In this document: piece after piece, positions 29,710 to 38,798 of the stretch
How the letters are laid out: the number at the start of each line of letters is the position of its first letter
Position numbering within the stretch: position 1 is the stretch's first letter
Assembly (NCBI GenBank): GCA_963728205.1
Contig: CAVSIV010000004.1
Span: forward strand, 160,001 to 224,000
Length of the DNA: 64,000 nucleotides
Reading direction: 5' to 3'
From: an uncultured Chloroflexia bacterium
GTDB lineage: Bacteria; Chloroflexota; Dehalococcoidia; UBA2979
Notes under the pieces: generated by a model
What the model was told of the DNA's origin: nothing
The model's database searches: none
Seen by the model: the letters and a program-made list of their open reading frames with translations, nothing else
Made by a program: the position numbers and the translations under genes

Positions 29710-32700
29710 CCGCCGACGAGCGCGCCGCCGCCCGCCGCCGCGCACGCATGCGCGCGATCAGCCGCGCCGCCCGCGACGGCGGCGGTGTCTCGAATGGGGG
29801 CCCCGGCCGTCGGCTGCTCAGGGCGATCCTCGTCACGCTGGGCGCGCTGATCATCGTCGGGGCCGGCATCGCCGGCGCCGGTGGCGTCTACGTGATGAAC
29901 CGGTACAACCAGATCGCCGGCGGCGTCGTGCCGCCGGAGCAGCTGATCTCGAAGTTCTCGCGCGGCGGCGCGCAGATCTACGACCGCAACGGCAAGCTGC
30001 TCTATGAGGTCGTCGACGAGCTCGGCGGGCTGCGCCGCCCGGTCGCGCTCGCGGACATCTCGCCGTGGATGCCGAAGGCGACGGTCGCCACGGAGGACGC
30101 GTCGTTCTACACGAACAACGGCCTGAATACGCGCGGCCTCGCTCGCGCCGGCATCGAGAACCTCACCCCGTTCGGCACGGGCCTCTTCGGTGGCTCCGGC
30201 GGCTCGTCGATCACGCAGCAGCTGGCGAAGAACGTCTACATCCCGCGCGACGAGCGGGCCCAGCGCTCCATCGACCGCAAGGTCAAGGAGATGGTGATCG
30301 CGCTGGAGCTGACCAAGCGCTACAGCAAGGACCAGATCCTCGAGTGGTACCTGAACTCGATCCCGTACGGCTCGATCTACACGGGCGTCGAGGCCGCATC
30401 GCAGGGCTACTTCGGCAAGGATGCGAAGGACCTCACGCTCGCCGAGGCGGCGCTGCTGGCCGGCATCCCGCAGTCGCCGGCGGCATACGCGCCGCACGCG
30501 GGTGACGCCACGCTCGACCCGAGCAGCGCGACGAAGCGTCGCCAGCTCGAGGTGCTCCACCTGATGGTGGCGCACGGCCAGATCACGCAGGCGCAGGCCG
30601 ACCAGGCCGCGCAGCAGCCGATCGCGTTCAAGACGAACCGCTTCGACATCGAGGCGCCGCACTTCGTCCTCAACCGCGTCATTCCCGAGCTGAAGGACCG
30701 CTTCGGCGAGGACGCCGTCCTGCACGACGGCCTCCAGGTGACGACGAGCCTCAACCTCGACCTGCAGCACCAGGCCGAGGACATCCTCGCGAAGAACGTC
30801 GCCCAGTACGGCGACCCGGCGAACTCGCACAACGGCGCGACGATCGTGCTCGACCCGCTGACCGGCGAGATCCTCACGTACGTCGGCAGCGCCGACTACT
30901 TCAACGACTCGATCCAGGGGCGGGTCGACAACATCACGGCGCAGAACTCGCCGGGCTCGACGCTGAAGCCGTGGACCTACATGACCGCGTTCACGAAGGG
31001 CTGGGGCACCGGCACCGCGATCCTCGACACGCCGTTGTCGCTGATCGACTACGCCACGGGCCAGGCGTACACCCCGCGCGACCCGATCGCCGCCGTGCTC
31101 GGTCCGATCCCCGCGCACGAGGCCCTCGGCAACTCGCTGAACATCCCGGCGGTGAAGACGATCGTGTTCGCCGGCGTGAAGAACGTCGAGCAGATGCTGC
31201 GGCAGGTCGGCTACACGACGCTGCACAACCCGAACGGCTACGGCCCCTCGCTGACGGTCGGCGGCGTCGACATCACGCTCGAGGACCAGGCGATCGCGTA
31301 CAGCGTGCTCGCTACGGACGGGGTGATGCGCGGCCAGGACGTGGTCGTCGACCCGACCGTCGCAGGCGAGCGCAGCCTCGAGCCCGTCTCGCTGCTGAAG
31401 GTCACGGACTCGACCGGCAAGGTGCTCTACAACTTCGAGAAGCCGGTCGAGCGGCGGGTGTTGCCGGCGGAGTTCCCCTACCTGATCACGTCCGTGCTCT
31501 CCAACGGCCAGAACCAGTGCATCACCTACGGCGTGTGCAACGCGCTCGCGCTGGCCGACGGGCGCCCGTCGGGGGCGAAGACCGGGACGAGCGAGCCGTA
31601 CATCGACTCGCCGGGCCTCGTCGGCGACACCTGGACGATGGGCTACACGCCGAACCTCGTGGCCGGCGTGTGGGCCGGCAACTCCGACAACTCGCCGATC
31701 ACGGCGCTGTCGTCGACGACCGTCGCGCTGCACACCTGGAAAGAGGTGATGATGGCGGCGGTGCAGGACCTGAAGCTGCCGCCGACGCCGTTCGCGCGGC
31801 CGCCGGGCGTGGTGGAGAAGGAGGTCTGCTGGCCGTCGGGCAAGCTGCCGACCGACCTCTGCCCGCAGCTGAACCGCTACACGAGCCTCTACGCCGCGAG
31901 CGCGCTGCCGAGCGGCGGGCCGGACAAGGCGCCCGACCTCTACGACTCATGGTGGCAGAACGTGAAGATCGACACGCGCACCGGGCTGCTCGCCGCGCCG
32001 GCGACGCCGGCCAACTTCGTGAAGGAGGAGGTGCGGCTGGTCTTCCCGCCCGACGAGGTGAAGGGCTGGACCGGGCTCGACGACTGGGCCGACAAGCACA
32101 ACGTGCGCCAGCTGCTCGCGCCGTCCGAGGAGTCGAGCGCGGCGAGCGCGCTGGTTTCGATCGCGTCGCCGCTGCCGTCCGCGAACGTGCGGGGGCGCGT
32201 GATCGTGCTCGGCCACGCGGACTCGCCCAAGTTCGAGGGCTTTGAGCTCGACTGGGGTCGCGGTGCGGCGCCGGGCTCGTGGGTGCGCATCGCGCAGTCG
32301 CCGCGCCCGGTCGTGTCCGGGACGCTGGGGATCTGGGACACGTCGAACCTGCCGAACGGCGTGTACACGCTGCGCGCGATGCTGACCGACGGCGATCGCG
32401 GCCAGACCTACTACCAGGTCTCGGTCACCGTGAACAACGGGAACGCCGCCCCGACGACCGACCAGGCGCCGGCGGCCGTGATCACGAGCCCGTCGAACAA
32501 CTCCGTGGTGTCGGGCACCGTCTCGGTGACGGGCGTCGCCACGGCCGGGAACCTCGCCAGCGCGACCGTCGAGGTCGGCCCGGGGCTCAACCCGACGCAG
32601 TGGTTCTCCGCGGGGAGCGTGAATCAGCCGGTCCTGAACGGCCAGATCGCCACCTGGGACACCACGGCCGTCGCCGATGGCACGTATACCGTGCGGCTCA

Positions 32701-32786
32701 CGGTCACCGACGCGAAGCTCGGCAGCGCCGTGACGACGATCACGGTCGCGGTGAAGAACCCGGCGACGCCGGCGCCGGGCGGTTAG
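29706..32786 (+). CDS. Class A penicillin-binding protein (transglycosylase + transpeptidase) with C-terminal Ig-like repeats
   Basis: ATEDASF, GGSSITQQLAKN, RKVKE, KDQILEWYLN; SxxK (STLK), SLN, KTG; two WDT...GxYT Ig-like units. Confidence 0.93.
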   Translation: MTADERAAARRRARMRAISRAARDGGGVSNGGPGRRLLRAILVTLGALIIVGAGIAGAGGVYVMNRYNQIAGGVVPPEQLISKFSRGGAQIYDRNGKLLYEVVDELGGLRRPVALADISPWMPKATVATEDASFYTNNGLNTRGLARAGIENLTPFGTGLFGGSGGSSITQQLAKNVYIPRDERAQRSIDRKVKEMVIALELTKRYSKDQILEWYLNSIPYGSIYTGVEAASQGYFGKDAKDLTLAEAALLAGIPQSPAAYAPHAGDATLDPSSATKRRQLEVLHLMVAHGQITQAQADQAAQQPIAFKTNRFDIEAPHFVLNRVIPELKDRFGEDAVLHDGLQVTTSLNLDLQHQAEDILAKNVAQYGDPANSHNGATIVLDPLTGEILTYVGSADYFNDSIQGRVDNITAQNSPGSTLKPWTYMTAFTKGWGTGTAILDTPLSLIDYATGQAYTPRDPIAAVLGPIPAHEALGNSLNIPAVKTIVFAGVKNVEQMLRQVGYTTLHNPNGYGPSLTVGGVDITLEDQAIAYSVLATDGVMRGQDVVVDPTVAGERSLEPVSLLKVTDSTGKVLYNFEKPVERRVLPAEFPYLITSVLSNGQNQCITYGVCNALALADGRPSGAKTGTSEPYIDSPGLVGDTWTMGYTPNLVAGVWAGNSDNSPITALSSTTVALHTWKEVMMAAVQDLKLPPTPFARPPGVVEKEVCWPSGKLPTDLCPQLNRYTSLYAASALPSGGPDKAPDLYDSWWQNVKIDTRTGLLAAPATPANFVKEEVRLVFPPDEVKGWTGLDDWADKHNVRQLLAPSEESSAASALVSIASPLPSANVRGRVIVLGHADSPKFEGFELDWGRGAAPGSWVRIAQSPRPVVSGTLGIWDTSNLPNGVYTLRAMLTDGDRGQTYYQVSVTVNNGNAAPTTDQAPAAVITSPSNNSVVSGTVSVTGVATAGNLASATVEVGPGLNPTQWFSAGSVNQPVLNGQIATWDTTAVADGTYTVRLTVTDAKLGSAVTTITVAVKNPATPAPGG

Positions 32787-32813
32787 CGGTTGCCGGGCGG
32801 GGGGACGGCGACG

Positions 32814-32990
32814 CCGCGGGCGAATGGCCCGCGTGAGCGGGCTGGTCGGAACCGGTCCGACTGCGCGCTGGCCACGAGCGGGCGGCCGAGCGTCGTTCCC
32901 TCCGCGGCCCGTTCGGGTGCGTGAGCGCAACCGTGGCCGGGAAGCGCGCCGGGGCGGCCTGCGCGGCTGCTCAGCCCGCTCACGCGGGGC
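32814..32990. repeat. REP family 3 (CCCGCGTGAGCGGGCTG arms, inverted pair)
   Basis: 32828-32844 vs 32970-32990; 21-bp exact reverse-complement match to 57164-57184. Confidence 0.65.
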
Positions 32991-33057
32991 GTGCGCGCGG
33001 CATTGCGCGGCGGGGCGCAGGTTGGCGCGCGGGCGTCGAGGCCGAGCTGTGCCCACG

Positions 33058-34107
33058 ATGACGCCGCGTGAGCCGAGCGACGCCGACACCGAACCCCGAC
33101 GGGTTCCTCGCTTCGATCCCCCGCTCGACTTCGAGCCCGCGCCCGTCGTCACCGACGAGGGCACCTTCGGGCACCTGCCGGAGCCGGTGCCCGACATCGA
33201 ACTGGACGAGCCCGGATACCTGCGCGCGACGCTCGCGCGCGTTGCCGCGTGGCTGCTCGTCGTGGCCGCGGCCGCGTGCCTGCTTCGTGCTCGGCGGGTG
33301 GCAGGCCACGGGGCGCGACGTCGCGATCCCCGCGCTGGAGCGCGGGGTGGCCGCGCTCACGCAGATCGACGAGCTGCTCGCGATGCACCACGGCGACATC
33401 GTCGCCGCCGGCGCGAGCCGCGCCGCGCAGCCGGCGGCGCAGGTGGAGGTGCCGGGCTTCCCCGTGCCGAGCGTGAAGCTGAGCGCGCTCGAGGCGCGCG
33501 ACGACTCGGCCGCGCGCCAGCGCGACCTGCTGCTGGGCGCGCCGCCGACGCGATCTACGCGCAACGGGACGGGCGCGCTGCGGACGACGCAGGGCGAGCT
33601 GCTGCGACCCGGCATCTTCTCGACGGCCGGCGCCACGCGCCGCCTGTTCGGCGCGCTGAGCTCCGCCAACCACGACCGCTTCGGCGCACTGCTCTGGCCG
33701 CTCGCGATCGCGTGCGGCGTGCTGGCCGCGGCCGTCGTGGCGCTGGGGCGCGGGCTCGGGACGGTTCGTCGCGCTCGGCGCCGCGCTGGTCGGCGCCGCG
33801 GCGCTCACGCTCGTGGTCACGCTGCTCGTGCGCGGGCTCGTGGCAGTCGTGGGCACCGACGGCAGCACGCTCGCCGGCGAGATCTCCGCGATCACGCGCG
33901 CGCTGGTGTGGACGCCGGTGCGCGACGCCGCGTGGTTCGCGCTCGCCGGGGTCGGCGATCGCGCTGCCGGCGATGCTCGCGGGGCTCGCTTTCGCCGCGG
34001 CGGCGGCGCCACCGCGCCCGACGAGCCGCGGGGCGGCGCCGGCAGCGCGACGTGGCCGCCGCGCTGAGCGCGCGCGGCGCGCACCTCGTCTCGCGTTGAC
34101 GGGATAG
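33058..34107 (+). pseudogene. Multi-pass membrane protein with several apparent frameshifts
   Basis: Coherent hydrophobic segments distributed over three frames (ORFs 32824, 33068, 33813); 3' end uncertain. Confidence 0.55.
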
Positions 34108-34212
34108 TAGAGAAGCAGCACCGAAACCCGACTCGCGAGACGACCGCGGGCGCCGGCGGCGTCCACTGGCCTTTGGTCGCGGCCGCGTACCTGGGGTAGC
34201 TTCAGCGGTGGG

Positions 34213-35001
34213 ATGGGAGTCTGCGCCACAGCATGCTACGAGACGGCAGAGACGTTGGTGATCCGGGCGCGGCCGCTCCCGATGTGGCGCTCGACCGCCA
34301 TCAGCAAGCAGCTCGCCGCCTCGATGGGCGGCGTGAGCGGGCTCGACGCCATCAGCAAGCAGTTCGCCGCGTCGATGGGCGGCGTGGTCGGGCGCGACGC
34401 CATCAGCAAGCAGTTCGCCGCGTCGGTGGGCAGCTTGACCGGGCTCGACGCCATCAACAGGCAGTTCGCCCCGGACTTCCAGACTCTGGACGCCGGCGCG
34501 TCGTTCCGCGCGCTCCTCGCCCAGAACGCCGCCGCCTACGCGGTGCGCTCCTCGTCAGTAGTCGGTCTCATCCGCGACAGCTCGACGGACGAGCACTTGA
34601 TGCGAGTCGTCCGCGGGGTCTCCTCTACCGCGGAAGCGGATCGCCGCCTCGCAGCTGCGATCCGCGCGGCCGCGCTGGGGGAGCCTCCCCCGGCGATTCC
34701 AGACGAACTGGCCGAAGCCGCCCGCGTGACAGTGTCATCGGGGCGCGTGCGTCGCGATCTGGAAGAGATTCGGGACGCACTCGATCCGGCCACGGACCCA
34801 CGCGCATCGCGAGAAGCCCTTGTACTTTCCCGTGGTGTGCAGAGGCAGCACCTCAAGCTTCTGGCAGCTCGCCTTCTCCAGGAGTTGTCCCGCGGGCTAT
34901 CCGTGCTCCCTGATTGCGATGCGCGCATGGAGACCGCTGTTTGGCTGACTTTGGTCGGCACGCTGGTCACCTGCTACTTGACGTTTCTCGCAACCCGGTA
35001 A
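34213..35001 (+). CDS. Hypothetical protein with 17-aa tandem repeats and C-terminal TM (element cargo)
   Basis: 51-bp repeats at 34297/34348/34399/34450 (AISKQFAASMGG..GLD); start uncertain. Confidence 0.6.
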   Translation: MGVCATACYETAETLVIRARPLPMWRSTAISKQLAASMGGVSGLDAISKQFAASMGGVVGRDAISKQFAASVGSLTGLDAINRQFAPDFQTLDAGASFRALLAQNAAAYAVRSSSVVGLIRDSSTDEHLMRVVRGVSSTAEADRRLAAAIRAAALGEPPPAIPDELAEAARVTVSSGRVRRDLEEIRDALDPATDPRASREALVLSRGVQRQHLKLLAARLLQELSRGLSVLPDCDARMETAVWLTLVGTLVTCYLTFLATR

Positions 35002-35102
35002 GCGGGTGCTCGCCGTTCGCCCATGGTCTGTGGGTTTATGGTGCGAATGACGACGGCCACCTGCCCGACCGGCGGGGCGAAGGGGGTCGCTGGAGCCAAA
35101 CC

Positions 35103-36593
35103 ATGAGCATCACCGCCTGGGCAATCGTTCTCGTGGCGCTCGCCTTCATCTTCCCGCGGCTCCACTGCTGGGGCCTCGCGAACTTGTGTCGGCGTAGGCG
35201 TAAGCGCTTTCCTGCCTTTGCTTTCCTGTTTGTCTGCATATTGGTCGCTGCCTGTTCGGCTGCTTCGAGCCATTCCCGAACGCCAATTCCATCCTCGAGC
35301 ATTTCAGCGACAAGTACGCCCAGAATGGGTCCGCAGGCTCAGGCGCCCACACCAGCGACCGATGAGCACGCGGTGCTGCCGGAATTTGGAGTCTTCGAAT
35401 TGCGGCTCGACCGCGACCAGAGCGAGAGCGTCTCATTCCCTCTCGTCACTATCCCAAGCACCGGATGTGCGCTCGGGGGAGTGCGGTTCGACTGGAGCGT
35501 CCGCCAGCCGTATGCCGAAGGGACCGGACCGAGCGTCGAATTCTTCGACGAGTATCAGGGTGCCCACCTCTCGCTCGGCGCCGGAAGTAGCGGCGAAAGT
35601 GAGGCTGGGTTCTGCGATCCCGTCAGCGTGTCCAATCGGAGCGACACGTCGATCCTCGTCGAGGTTCGCTACGTTGCGGTGATGCCGGGCCCCGCGGAGC
35701 CGGTGGGTGCGCCGTCGGCGGCTCAAAGTCCGACCGGAACCGCTCCGCCCTCCGCTTGTACGGTGTTTGAGCGGGGTACCGCGGTCTCGGTTACGTTCAT
35801 GGCATCCGACGCCCTCCAGGCCTGTCAATCCTGGATTCAGGCGCGGGGGCAACAGGGAGAGTTCTGGTCGACGGATGGCGAGCCCACCGAGCAGCAATCG
35901 ATGGTGTGCATCTTCCGTTACGAGTCGGGCGCGCACGTACAGGTCGACGACGGCGGCGGGCAGTTCAACGGGCGCACGATCTGCGCTGGATTCGCCGGAA
36001 CTCCCGGATGGGTCGAGGACCTTCCGGCAGAGCAAGCATCCGCGACGGCGGCCGCGAACCAGCGTCGAATCGACGCTGCGCTTCGGACGTTGACTTCGGA
36101 CCTGTCAGACCTCCAGGCCGAATCGCGGGATCTCAGCGATGTATCCATTGCCGCTGACCTGACGACGATGCGCGATGCTATCAAGGGCGTATACCAAGAT
36201 CTCCAAACAACGCTGACCGCCGATACAACGCTGGTATGTGGAGACGCGGGTGTCGTGGAGGGCGATGTTGGCGCGCTGGAAGGGGACCAAGGCGTGCTGG
36301 AGTCGGACGTGTCCGCGTTGAACACGCGCATCGAGTCAGTTCAGCACTTGCTCTCCATCGTCCCTGCCGACATGCGGGAGTTGACGAGCGCGGAAGCCTC
36401 GCTCCCCTCCTACCAGCCGGCAGGCGTCCCGGAGGACGCGCCCATTCAGCAAGCGGTTCAAGATGGCATACACGCCGTCAGTGGCGCGGAAAGCGCGATC
36501 ACGAACGTGCGGGCGCAAGCAGCAGCGTTAGTTCAGCAGGCACAGGCGTACTCTTCGCAGGCCGATGCGGCGTGCAAGCAAGCGACACCGTAG
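35103..36593 (+). CDS. Putative lipoprotein/secreted multidomain protein (element cargo)
   Basis: Basic patch plus hydrophobic stretch ending VAAC; Pro/Ser linkers; Cys-paired domains; C-terminal helical coiled-coil. Confidence 0.7.
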   Translation: MSITAWAIVLVALAFIFPRLHCWGLANLCRRRRKRFPAFAFLFVCILVAACSAASSHSRTPIPSSSISATSTPRMGPQAQAPTPATDEHAVLPEFGVFELRLDRDQSESVSFPLVTIPSTGCALGGVRFDWSVRQPYAEGTGPSVEFFDEYQGAHLSLGAGSSGESEAGFCDPVSVSNRSDTSILVEVRYVAVMPGPAEPVGAPSAAQSPTGTAPPSACTVFERGTAVSVTFMASDALQACQSWIQARGQQGEFWSTDGEPTEQQSMVCIFRYESGAHVQVDDGGGQFNGRTICAGFAGTPGWVEDLPAEQASATAAANQRRIDAALRTLTSDLSDLQAESRDLSDVSIAADLTTMRDAIKGVYQDLQTTLTADTTLVCGDAGVVEGDVGALEGDQGVLESDVSALNTRIESVQHLLSIVPADMRELTSAEASLPSYQPAGVPEDAPIQQAVQDGIHAVSGAESAITNVRAQAAALVQQAQAYSSQADAACKQATP

Positions 36594-36620
36594 GCAACCG
36601 ATTGCAGATGAGAACTAGCG

Positions 36621-36881
36621 CTACTCGACCGGGGCTTGAGCGGGGCGAAGCGGTCCACGATTGAGCGTCGAGTAGTGTGTGGGGGGAAGCTCAACACCCG
36701 CCGCGTCCACCCCGGAAGCCGGTCCCATGCTCACGTCCTGCTCCGACCCGTCCAGGAAGCGGAGCGTCACGCAGATCGAATCGAACGTGATCACCCGATC
36801 GCCGACAAGCAGGTAGCCGTCCCACGAGCCATTCGTAACCGTGGTGCCCGCGGACCGTACTTCAACGCGCTGCTTCGTCAC
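36621..36881 (-). CDS. Small hypothetical protein (element cargo)
   Basis: AAGGAG RBS before GTG; 86 aa of plausible composition. Confidence 0.6.
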   Translation of the reverse strand: MTKQRVEVRSAGTTVTNGSWDGYLLVGDRVITFDSICVTLRFLDGSEQDVSMGPASGVDAAGVELPPTHYSTLNRGPLRPAQAPVE

Positions 36882-36963
36882 GTTGGACTCCTTCTACCCC
36901 ATGGCCTTGTGTAGATTCGGGTGGCGCCCGGGAACAGTCAAGGGACCGGGGCGCGCTGGGCTT

Positions 36964-37287
36964 TTACCGGCACCCGACCGAGAGGACCGCGCCGACCCTC
37001 GTCGCGTCGAAGCACTCCACGGTCACGAGCGTCTCGTGCTCCGCCCCGGCGATGATGATGGTGACGTACGTGCCTTGCTTCTTCCCGGCACCGCTGTCGG
37101 TGACGGTTACGGCGGAGCCACGCCCGGTGCGATCCGGCACCACCCATGGGCCCGTGCCGTACTTGGTCTTGGCGACCACGGTGTAGTCCGCGAGTGCCGT
37201 CGGCACCGGCGTTGGCGTCGGGTGCGAGCCGCACGCGCTGAGGATGAGCGCGAGAGCAACAGCGAGTGCGAGCGGTGCGGATTGCAT
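36964..37287 (-). CDS. Small lipoprotein (element cargo)
   Basis: MQSAPLALAVALALILSAC lipobox, PTPTP linker, C-terminal Cys pair. Confidence 0.7.
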   Translation of the reverse strand: MQSAPLALAVALALILSACGSHPTPTPVPTALADYTVVAKTKYGTGPWVVPDRTGRGSAVTVTDSGAGKKQGTYVTIIIAGAEHETLVTVECFDATRVGAVLSVGCR

Positions 37288-37461
37288 ATTGGACCAGCGT
37301 ATCCGAAGACAGGCCGCCCCCACGACCCCCGTCAGGCCGCCAGCCGCCAGCGGGCGGCGTGCCTGCGTTGCAGCGAAGAGGAGCGCGACGCCGAACTCGT
37401 CAGCCCTCACGGTAGCGATTCGGGTTTCGGTGCTGCTTCTCTACTATCCCCCCGTCTCGCG

Positions 37462-37490
37462 TTGACGCTGTGAGATGCCCGGCTTAGCGT
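37462..37490 (+). promoter_or_regulatory. Sigma70-like promoter (TTGACG-17-TAGCGT) upstream of mcl
   Basis: Read directly; the -35 overlaps the right TSD. Confidence 0.5.
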
Positions 37491-37592
37491 CCGGCGCGTA
37501 CCATCGCTCGACCCGGCGACGCCGCTCGCGCGGCCGCGCCGTCATCCCGGCGAGGGCGCCGCACGGCGCTCGCCAGCGACCCGGAGCACCCG

Positions 37593-38671
37593 ATGCAGCG
37601 CAGCCCGCGGGAGTTCTTCAAGCCCCTCGCGCTCGGCGCGCCCGAGCCCCTGCGCGATATCCCGTTCACGCCCAGCCGCATGATCCACTTCCTCAACGCG
37701 GCCAACCCGAAGCATGGTCGCGAAGGTCCCCGAGATGCTGCAAGCAGGTCGACGTCCTGCTCGGCAACCTCGAGGACGCCGTCCCCGCCGACCAGAAGGT
37801 CGCCGCGCGCGAGGGCTTCATCGAGGTCGTCGCAGGCAACGACTTCGGCCAGACGTCGGCTGCTGGACGCGCGTGAACAGCCTCGACTCGCCGTGGTTCC
37901 TCGACGACGTCATGCGCTTCGTCGAGACCATCGGCGACCGGCTCGACGTGATCGTCGATCCCGAAGGTGCTCGGCCCCGAGGACATCCACTACGTCGACC
38001 GCCTGCTCGCGCAGCTCGAGGCGCGGCGCCAGCGTCACAGCGTCCGATCCTGCTGCACGCGCATCCTCGAGACCGGCGGCGGCGTGGCGCGCGTCGAGGA
38101 GATCGCGCTCGCCAGCCCGCGCATGCAGGGGATGTCCTTCGGCCCGGCCGACCTCGCCGCCTCGCGGCGCATGAAGACGACGCGCGTCGGCGGCGGTCAC
38201 CCGTCGTACGTGGTGCGCACGGACCCCGACCCCGAGCACCCGGACGCGCCGCGCCAGACGGCGCAGCAGGACCCGTGGCACTACTCGATCGCGCGCATGG
38301 TCGACGCCTGCGTGAACGCCGACATCCTCCCGTACTACGGCCCGTTCGGCGACATCTCGGACCCGGTCGGGTGCGAGGACCAGTTCCGCGCCGCGTTCCT
38401 GCTCGGGTGCGTGGGCGCGTGGTCGCTGCACCCGAGCCAGATCGAGATCGCGCGCCGCGTGTTCAGCCCGGACCCCGACGAGGTGAAGTTCGCGAAGAAG
38501 ATCATCGACTCCATGCCGGAGGGCGGCGGGGTCGCGATGATCGACGGCAAGATGCAGGACGACGCGACGTACAAGCAGGCCATGGTGATGTGGAGCCTCG
38601 CCGAGCGCATCGCCGAGCGGGACCCGGACATGGCCGCGCAGTACGGCATCAGCACGGGAGCCCGCGCCTAG
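37593..38671 (+). CDS. mcl: Malyl-CoA/beta-methylmalyl-CoA/citramalyl-CoA lyase (Chloroflexus-type), several apparent frameshifts
   Basis: [69 protein letters not shown] match recalled Chloroflexus Mcl. Confidence 0.85.
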
Positions 38672-38798
38672 CCGCGCGGGCGGGTCGGGCCGTTCGTGCC
38701 GCCTGGCGGGGCGGCACGAGCGGCGCACCCGATCGACGACCGGCAAGCCAGCAGTCTCCGCGCCCGCCCGGGCGCGGCGATGATCCGCGAGGGTGCGC

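Larger units (their letters stand above)
34101..37452. mobile_element. Non-autonomous TIR-bounded element with 14-bp target-site duplication
   Basis: TIR GGGATAGTAGAGAAGCAGCACCGAAACCCGA 34101-34131 equals the reverse complement of 37420-37450 (36 bp with 1 mismatch); DR CGTCTCGCGTTGAC at 34087-34100 and 37453-37466; interior visibly lower GC. Confidence 0.85.

Noticed and set aside
34297-34470. Possible CRISPR-like or ncRNA repeat array in the element
   Set aside because: The period is 51 bp (a multiple of 3), inter-repeat segments are homologous and lie in an open frame, so it is a coding repeat
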